This document shows, piece after piece, positions 36,127 through 43,508 of a stretch of DNA of 43,508 nucleotides. The translations under genes and the position numbers were made by a program. Source of the stretch: Kondoa subrosea. Its lineage: Eukaryota. Position 1 is the stretch's first letter. Every line of letters starts with the position of its first letter. The notes below the pieces were generated by a model. It worked only from the letters and a program-made list of their open reading frames with translations. It searched no databases and had not been told where the DNA came from. The stretch lies in contig BCIN01000001.1 in assembly GCA_039545335.1 (NCBI GenBank), forward strand, positions 4,191,347-4,234,854. Reading direction: 5' to 3'.

Positions 36127-37862
36127 TCAAGAAGAATAGAACGCTTTAAGTTGGGCACCAAACCAAGTTCGGAGTTCATTGTCCTGTTGCATAATCTTCT
36201 CCGCCTTCNCGACTAGTGATTTAACAGCAGAAAGATCACTGGAGCAAATAGTCAAATTCTGAAGCAGGTCGCAGGAAGGACGTTGAACTCACTCTCCAGC
36301 ATCGATACCAAAATGTTTGCGTAAGGCGGGATCAGCTTGCGACAAGGACGTAGGTGATGCAGCAGCAAAGAGCTGAACAAAGCTGATCAGAGAGGCGACT
36401 TGCTTTGACTCGCTGAACCGGCCTTGAGCGTATTGATGCGCCATCACATGTAGCTCAGTGCTATCGAAAGTCTGATAGAATGAGCCCATTCCGGTCTGCC
36501 TCGAATTGTTTGGCCACGCAAAGCATCCAAAAAAAATTTAACGCACTTCAAGGAAGAACAAGGTACTAGCAAAGGCATGAAGATCGAATTCCTCATGAAT
36601 TGTGCTGTTCTGGCGGCATTTGAGCGAACGAATATGCTTGACCGAAATCGATAATCTTGATGTGGTAATCGGGTGTAATGACCACATTGCAAAAACGCAA
36701 ATCCCGCCAGGCGATCTTGCATTTATGTAGATGCTTCACGGCCAGATAAATTTGGGCACCAAAGCTCTTAGCGAGAGCGTTAGGCAAAGCTCTGAAATAT
36801 TCGAGTCAGCGCCAGCGGTCGGCTGAATGNAGAGCAGTCCTACTTGAGAGGCGGTACACCACGTCTCTTCAANGCATTGAAGCGAGCTGAATTCTTTGAG
36901 TGATGCTCGAGCAGTGCCGTAAACCACGAGGGTTCGGCATAGCTCTTGGAAGACTAGGATAGTGATCAACGATTGTTTCCCAGNNCTCACTTCTCTCGTA
37001 AACTTACCTTGTTCTCGGGCGTCCACACATGANCCGCATCTGTCTTATTGACTTGCAGATATCCCTCCTCCACAAACTGCTGAAGACTGCAAGGCATCAA
37101 TTCGGTAAGCAGAACGTTGGCAATGGAGTTCAGATCAGAATTGGTCGTGATAATGAACGAGCTGGTAAGATACTGCAGAATGGTCCTCTCACGAGCCAAA
37201 GCCTCTTGAATCTGGATGTGAGTTCTGCGATAAGCTAAAGACAGATGAAGTCAGCAGTGGAATTGGACATTTCTAGATACGGCCACTTACAAGACATAGA
37301 AGCGCCAACAGCGAACTTTAGCGCAGCCGACTTTCCAGCAGTCGAACCAGCAGTCGGACGAGCTTTGTAAACAAGAGTTCCAGAACCAGCGCCAATCTTA
37401 GACAAGAGCGTATATGATCTGAGTAGTGCATTAGCCCGCAACGTCTCCAAAGCTAAAAGCTTGGACTGACTTGATATGAGCTTGTGGCTTGATTGCATCG
37501 ACTCCGATATACTCCAAAGAAGAAGAAGTAGGTGTCTGCTTCACTAGGCCGCCAAAAATACTGCTCATGATGAGCTTCATTATGTTTTGGGTGCTCGAGT
37601 CTGGCTGTTTCGTGCAATGCTGGAACAGCTTGAGTCCCATGAAGCGCATATGCAATATTAGCGCGCTGTCATCTCGGGTTAGCATCGCCAGACAAAGATT
37701 AGAAGGCGGGTTCACCTCTTGCCATTGTTTGTTCAATTCGGACTGGGACATGNCTAGAGAGAAGTATGAGCATGCANAAGAATAGAAATGTGAAAGAATA
37801 CCATGATAACCGTCGAGCNCGGGTATATGAGATTGGATATGAGGGAAAGCAGGGTTGGACAT
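36127..37862 (-). CDS. Atypical protein kinase, copy B; apparent 2-nt frameshift just after DFG
   Basis: Same motifs as copy A. atgaattgtgctg (copy B) versus atgaaatttgtgctg (copy A) ends the frame at PPEQHNS-stop (36593). Confidence 0.75.
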
Positions 37863-38335
37863 GATTTGACGTGAAAAAGCAAGGACTTTGATTGAACGGA
37901 AAGAGAGAATAAGAAAAGATGCACTTAGGGGAAGAGAGAGAGAGAGACGAAGCGCCAAGCGATTCTGATGATCATGAGAACAAAGGCAAACTGAAGCTGC
38001 GAATGTCAGAAGACTGTATCTCCCGGACTTCAACTTTGCCTCGAAGCCCAGGAGAGATATAGCGCCAGTAGATGTCGAAAGGCTCCCTGAGTATACCTGT
38101 GCAGATAGCTAAGCAATCTGAGCAATTCTCAAGAAGTTGCGATGATCGGACTTAATGCTCGACCGAAATATACATTGAATGATCTAAATGNGCTGAACTA
38201 ACGATTTGCGANAATGAACGACTTGAGAAAGAGGGTTACTGATGCTATTTACTGAAATGTTGGGAATCAGAACGTCTTGATGAATGAATTGTTAGTCATT
38301 ATGCCGAATACCATGCTTTGCCCTGTTAACTGGTG

Positions 38336-39932
38336 TCAGCAATATCCTACAACACAAAACGGAAGACGTACAGGCTGAACGCCGACCATACGAATACTGA
38401 CGTATCTCTTGAAGCGCTCACTTTCTGGTATACTATCGCTTGATTCCATGCTTTCCCTTCGATCAGCTGCGAGATGGAACTTCATTCTTGCAAAGACTCT
38501 GTGAGCGACATCTGCTGTTTCCGGTAGCATAGCGCAGATTTCTTCTTTGCCATTGCTGGAAAGATAGTTCAGCTCAAATGTAATGAAACACAAATGAGTC
38601 ACTGACCTAAGATAGTGCCGAGTTACATCCCGAAGCAGACTATCTGCTATACCTCGACCCTGCAGATGACTTGTCGTATGAATCTGCACCGAAATTTCAG
38701 CTCAAACGCAAGCCGCAGCATTTCGAAGAACCTACTGCAGTAATAGCAATAGTTCTATCGGTCTCTAAAGCAACAGTGACGAATCCAGCGATCAAACTCA
38801 AGCCTTTCAAAGTATTCGAGTAAATGCTGAATCGCATTCATCAGTCGTCACTCCCATTATTTNATAACTGCACACTGACCTATAAATCCAACAAGTCTGC
38901 TTCTTGACCAAACTTTCTACCGCTTTCAAACAATTCTCATAAGAAACATGTTCATTCGGGTTCCCAGAAACAGCAATCTGATAATCTTTAAACATGTTTG
39001 CCAAAGTTTTCAACTTGTCTTCCATGTTTGCTAAACGAATTTCACANCCTTCCGATAATTTGATTTCAGGTGGCATTCCAGANCAAGGTAAATGAGTGTA
39101 ACGAAATTTAGAGATTTTGTTACATTGTGGTGTTGTTATTGAAGCGGAAGAACCTAACGGATTGAGAGGTTGCAATTTCTGTGCTAAGATAGTAGCTAAT
39201 CGAGTTGGACCAACAACGGAAGGAACGTTGTAGACTGGAGAATGTAGATTTGCAGGTTTGATCGTTCCACCTGGTGTATTGATTGATGAAGGTAACAAAG
39301 AACGAAGACGAGACGCAAGCTCTTCCAGACCAGCTGAAAGACGATCGGTCGATAATTTGGAAAGATCCTTCGGACTGCCAAGTACAACTGAATCTCCATG
39401 TAGTTTGGTAAGAATGATTTCAGCTGTTTTCTGACCATTGGTGGTAGTTGAGAACAGGATTAGCCAGATATTGACTTGTGGCGCAGAGAAAGTTCTTGCA
39501 GAAGGTGGTTCTTGCAATTGAGCCAAAGTGGGAGCGATCTGTGGATTGAAGAGCCAAGTCTAGCGAAATAATGAGCATAAGTTTAACCTGACAGAGTATT
39601 TGTCTTACATCAAANTGATCTCCNANTTGCTGNTTCATTCCGGTGATNAANGCANTGCCATTTGGAAAAGCTTCAACCGAGAACGAGACTTCTTCNAGAT
39701 CGGTTGACATTCTTCTCGTACCATTCTTGAGCGATCTTAGACTNAANTGAGANCTGCGNCGAGATAGACTGAGAGATGTGAGAGGAGGCGTTACAGTCAG
39801 GTCTGTCAGCGAGTCTGCTTCATCTTCGGTCAGAACACTTTCTGAGTCGTCTGAGGTATCGTCGGTCAAAGCTGAATCAGAACTCTTGCTAGACGATCCT
39901 GTGCTGGATGTAGTAGAGCTATCCCTTGACAT
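38336..39932 (-). CDS. GNAT-family acetyltransferase, copy B
   Basis: Near-identical to 30247-31843. Confidence 0.75.
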
Positions 39933-40364
39933 AGCTTGCGAAGGTGCAGTCGCGCTTAGAATCTCAGTCTAACAAACGTGATTGCTAAGCATGTTTGCGG
40001 AAGTTCGAAATGCAGCAAGGGCTCACAATGTATGAAGCAACACAGGCTTCAGAGCCAGTCCCAGACTTCTTGCCTCGGTATGATCGGAACATGATGGGAC
40101 AAATGCAGAACAATGAAAGTGCGAAATGCGATGTTCTGAACGAGCCAGAGCGATGCTAGCAGGTGTCTACAAAGGTGGTATATATCTGCTGGTTGAGGTC
40201 TATAGAGGAGCGTGAATCAGCAAGAGCGACTAGTCCGGCATCGTGGCTTGGCTTAGAAGTTATAAGAAGAACTAATCCTATGTATCCCAGACATGCCCAC
40301 TTTTGCTGACTTCCTCTTGCTTTCAACCACGACTTACGAGTATATACCACTGAGAGCTATACCC

Positions 40365-41865
40365 ATGGCGAGAATACCACGCATAGCAGTCATCGGGGCA
40401 GGAGTAGCTGGGTTGAGCGCAGCCAGGAGATTGCAGGGTCATGCAAACGTTGTTATTTACGAAGCAAGAAATCGGATTGGAGGCAGAGTATATACAGAAG
40501 ATAAGGTAGATATGGGTGCCAGCTTCATACGTCAGTATACTGGACGAAGAGGTAACGATTTGATCTGATGCTGTGCTTGAATAGACGGACTTGGAACAGA
40601 AGATGAACCGAATTCCTTCATGGAGATCGTGCGAAAGGCCGAAGCACGATTCTCGCAATTCGAGGAAACGCCGTGCATATTTAATTCGCAAGGAATCAAG
40701 ATCTCAAAAGAAGAGACCGCGAAGATAGCTGAGCGCTTTTGGTCTCTGTTTGCGGAAGCGATCGAGTACTCTAAGAGCAACTCGAGCAACATCTCTACGT
40801 CTGAAAGCTTACATGACTATGTGGCCAAGGTAAAGTGAAGATTGTTGGGAGACAAATAGTGCTCAAACGTTTTATAGTCTCTCTCGCAGGAGGACTCCCT
40901 TTTCCGTGATCAATGTCTCCAATACGCAGATCTTTGGGGCTGCTTTGTCGGTACAGATATGCGCAAACAATCTCTTCGCTACTTCTATTTTGAACAAGTC
41001 GCGCCAGGACCAACAGCTTTTGTTACTTTCACCTATCACAACATTATCTCTACTCTCGCTGAGCCAGTCCTATCACTTGTGCAATTCAACAGAGAAGTCG
41101 TCTTGGTCGATACTAGTCAGCTTACATTGGCAGACGGGTCTGAAGAAACCTTTGACCAAGTCCTGATCACTATTCCTCTCGGCTGTCTTCAACACAAAAC
41201 CATCTCTTTCTCACCATCGCTTCCTTCTAGACTAGAAACAGCTATCTCATCACTCGGTTATGGAAATCTCGAGAAAGTCTACTTCCGGTATCCTAAAGCT
41301 TGGTGGTCAACCAGCTCAGAATCATCATCAGGCTTTACTTTCCTTGCTCCAACATATGACCCAAAGAACCAACAAGAACAAATAATAGAAATCATGTCCC
41401 TCTCTTCTTTCGCTTCAGATCCACAACCAGTCCTTCTGATGTTCGTTTATGATCCTATAAGCTCTTGGTTAGCTAAATCACCACCAAAAGAAGAGATTAT
41501 CGATTTCTTTTCTACGTATATTCAACGAATACCGAATTATTCTTCGACGGATTCAGGTTGCATACCGGTCGCTGTTGGTCATAGCTCTTGGACTGCAGAC
41601 AAATTGAGCGGGTATGGTAGCTATACAAATTTCCAGGTAATCCAGCTTCCCTCCCTGTACAGAATCCGCTGAAAATGCACGATAGATCGGACATGATCAT
41701 TTGGACGAGAGTATAAAGATCATTAGAGAAGGAATGCCAGAGAGAAAGATCTGGTTCGCAGGTGAACATGTGCCGCCGAAAGTTATGGGCATTGGAACTG
41801 TCAATAATGCTTTTCATAGTGGACAAGCAGTAGCCGAAAGAATGTTAGGAGCAATGGATCTTTGA
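40365..41865 (+). CDS. Flavin-containing amine oxidase (polyamine oxidase/Fms1-like), copy B, complete
   Basis: GAGVAG FAD loop, EARNRIGGR, SSWTADKLSGYGSYTNFQ and IWFAGEH...GTVNNAFHSGQAVAERM; stop TGA at 41865. Confidence 0.92.
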
Positions 41866-41910
41866 TTAATGTTGCACAGACTATTCGACATCAATCAATC
41901 TTATATACGT

Positions 41911-43508
41911 TCATGAGACGGTCAGGTTCGACACTACGGGCCATTGAGTCATGTCAACACCTCGCAAGTTCCTAGCACTCGATTAGACCTGTCTTAGGCC
42001 GCGTATTGAGACAGAGACATACCAATCATTCCGCTTGTCTTGCATTGTGCCATCTTTGCAGACTGTCAGAGAACAGAAATGAAATCTTGAAGACGTAGTC
42101 TTGTAGATGCATCTGCACTGACCTGCTCTGCCCACTACAGCGACTTTCTCTCCCTCTTTGATGCTCTCAGGTACTTTCAACTCAGCTTTCCATAATGTCC
42201 AAGCAAATCGATGTTCGCTGCCTTCCAATTCTGCGTCAACCCAACCTTGCGATTGATCCGCTTTCTCGATCAGGTCATCGTCTGCTGATAAATGAGGTAC
42301 GATAACTACTTGGACTTTGCTGATAGGTGAAGCACCACTAGAGATCGCATACCCTTTGGCGGTAAAAGTACGGGATGATAAAGTTGAAGAAGCAGAAGGT
42401 GTTGCTATTACTGAATTTGTGCCGTAGGTTTGAAGAGCTGGTATCTTGACAGCAGTATTAGTATTTAAAGGCAAGGGGAGATACTGTCTACATACTTTGT
42501 CCATTACTTCGAATTTCGTTTCCATGGCTTAAAAGCATAGTAAGTAGAGGAACAAGTTTGTTGTGTGCGACTGACTTGTTCCGAGAGGTAAGACCTATGT
42601 CAAGGGTCAGCATGATGCTCGAATGGATGCAAACGCTGTGCACACCTTGTAATCCTTCTGTTGGTAGAAGTTTGGACTTTCGTCTGAGCGAATTCTTATA
42701 CGAGAAAGCCACTTGACTGATCTTGCGCCAATTTTGCCTGGAATAGTAGCACGAACCGGTCCGCCATGTTTCGCACTGTTCAAAGCGATATCATAGCATT
42801 AGCTAGAAGACAATGTTATTTTATGCTGCAAACCTCAGCAGCTCGCCGTTCATATGAGTACTGAGCAAAATAGGTAGGTTTTCATCCCTGCAACGCCACA
42901 TATCAGCCAATACTTGAGCATAACAAGAACCGCAGCATACATGGCATCTTTGAGCGGAATGGAACCAGCATAATAGCTATCTTCNTGCACTTTCTGATCA
43001 CTGATGAATTCGATATGACAATCTTTCAGTTCAGGTTGCGAATCGATTCCCATCTTCACGAGTAGAGGTCGAAGTAATGCTCCATACCAGCGAGAGTTGC
43101 TAATATTGATCTCGATGAGCCAATGACAGCTTTATAGATGAGCGAGAAGTGTACCCTATTGTGCCAGCACCCCTGAAGTAACGTTGTTGGCAAAGCATTT
43201 CCCCGCAAAATGATGCTGACTAACCAAGGTAATCCTTCAGTCTCCCCCATACCGCTGAGACCTGCCATTTCGCTACGTCTATTCCCAGCACATTGAAGAG
43301 CAGCAATGACAGATTGGCTAGCGAGATTGTACAATTCTGGCATCGGAATCTCGAAACTCTTCAATTCCACGCCCAGATCAGGCTGAGCTTCAAAGTAGAC
43401 TTGATGAGTAGCAGCATCGATCTGTGGAATGTCGCCATGATTCCTGTCAAAGAGTTTGTCTGCTGGAGTTATGAAGTCTTGCACGAGATCTTTCAAGCCA
43501 GGTTCTGC
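41911..43508 (-). CDS. Sulfite-oxidase-family molybdopterin oxidoreductase, 5' end outside the window
   Basis: [26 protein letters not shown] (Mo-ligating Cys); [28 protein letters not shown]; dimerisation domain [21 protein letters not shown] and WNLRGV. Confidence 0.92.

Larger units (their letters stand above)
33573..41561 (+). repeat. ~8 kb block, copy B
   Basis: Starts catatagtcgtttagtc (= position 25484) immediately after the gap and aligns to copy A up to 33472. Confidence 0.97.

Noticed and set aside
25484..41561. Repeated block as a mobile element or LTR structure
   Set aside because: No transposase, reverse transcriptase, integrase, terminal repeats or target-site duplication; the boundaries coincide with an assembly gap.
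41911..41935. SNL tripeptide near the C-terminus of the sulfite-oxidase-like protein as a peroxisomal signal
   Set aside because: The inferred protein ends SNLTVS; a PTS1 must be the last three residues.
1..43508. Numerous short antisense or overlapping ORFs in the track; CRISPR, tRNA, rRNA or snRNA candidates
   Set aside because: The short ORFs are shadows of intron-containing genes on the other strand or frame. No repeat-spacer array or recognisable structured RNA gene was seen by eye; an Rfam/tRNAscan search would be needed to exclude small RNAs.

Overview
Eukaryotic genomic DNA from an intron-dense, compact fungal genome, probably a basidiomycete (short introns of ~50-60 nt, GT/GC-AG borders, micro-exons). 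The ORF track therefore shows only gene fragments; the gene models here were stitched by eye and internal exon boundaries are approximate. Gene order: cysteine-rich secreted repeat protein (partial, -); ABCC/MRP transporter (+); small mitochondrial membrane protein (-); POP1 (+); single-pass membrane protein (-); HExxH-like hypothetical protein (+); Zn2Cys6 transcription factor (-); ubiquitin-fold/CUE-like hypothetical protein (+); CUE3/ASCC2-like protein (+); NmrA-like reductase (-); PEX19 (+); ferric reductase (-); atypical protein kinase (-); GNAT acetyltransferase (-); flavin amine oxidase (+). A 100-N gap follows, then a second, partly diverged copy of the ~8 kb reductase/kinase/GNAT/oxidase block, and a partial sulfite-oxidase-family gene (-). 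The ~8 kb repeat is most likely two haplotypes assembled in tandem. The most interesting observations are three tandem PAM2-like motifs right after the CUE domain of the Cue3 homolog, a kinase with a WRDLRFCN catalytic loop and no APE motif, two divergent start codons only 28 bp apart, an unrecognised 8-Cys repeat, and reciprocal frameshifts between the two block copies. No RNA genes, CRISPR arrays or transposons were recognised.
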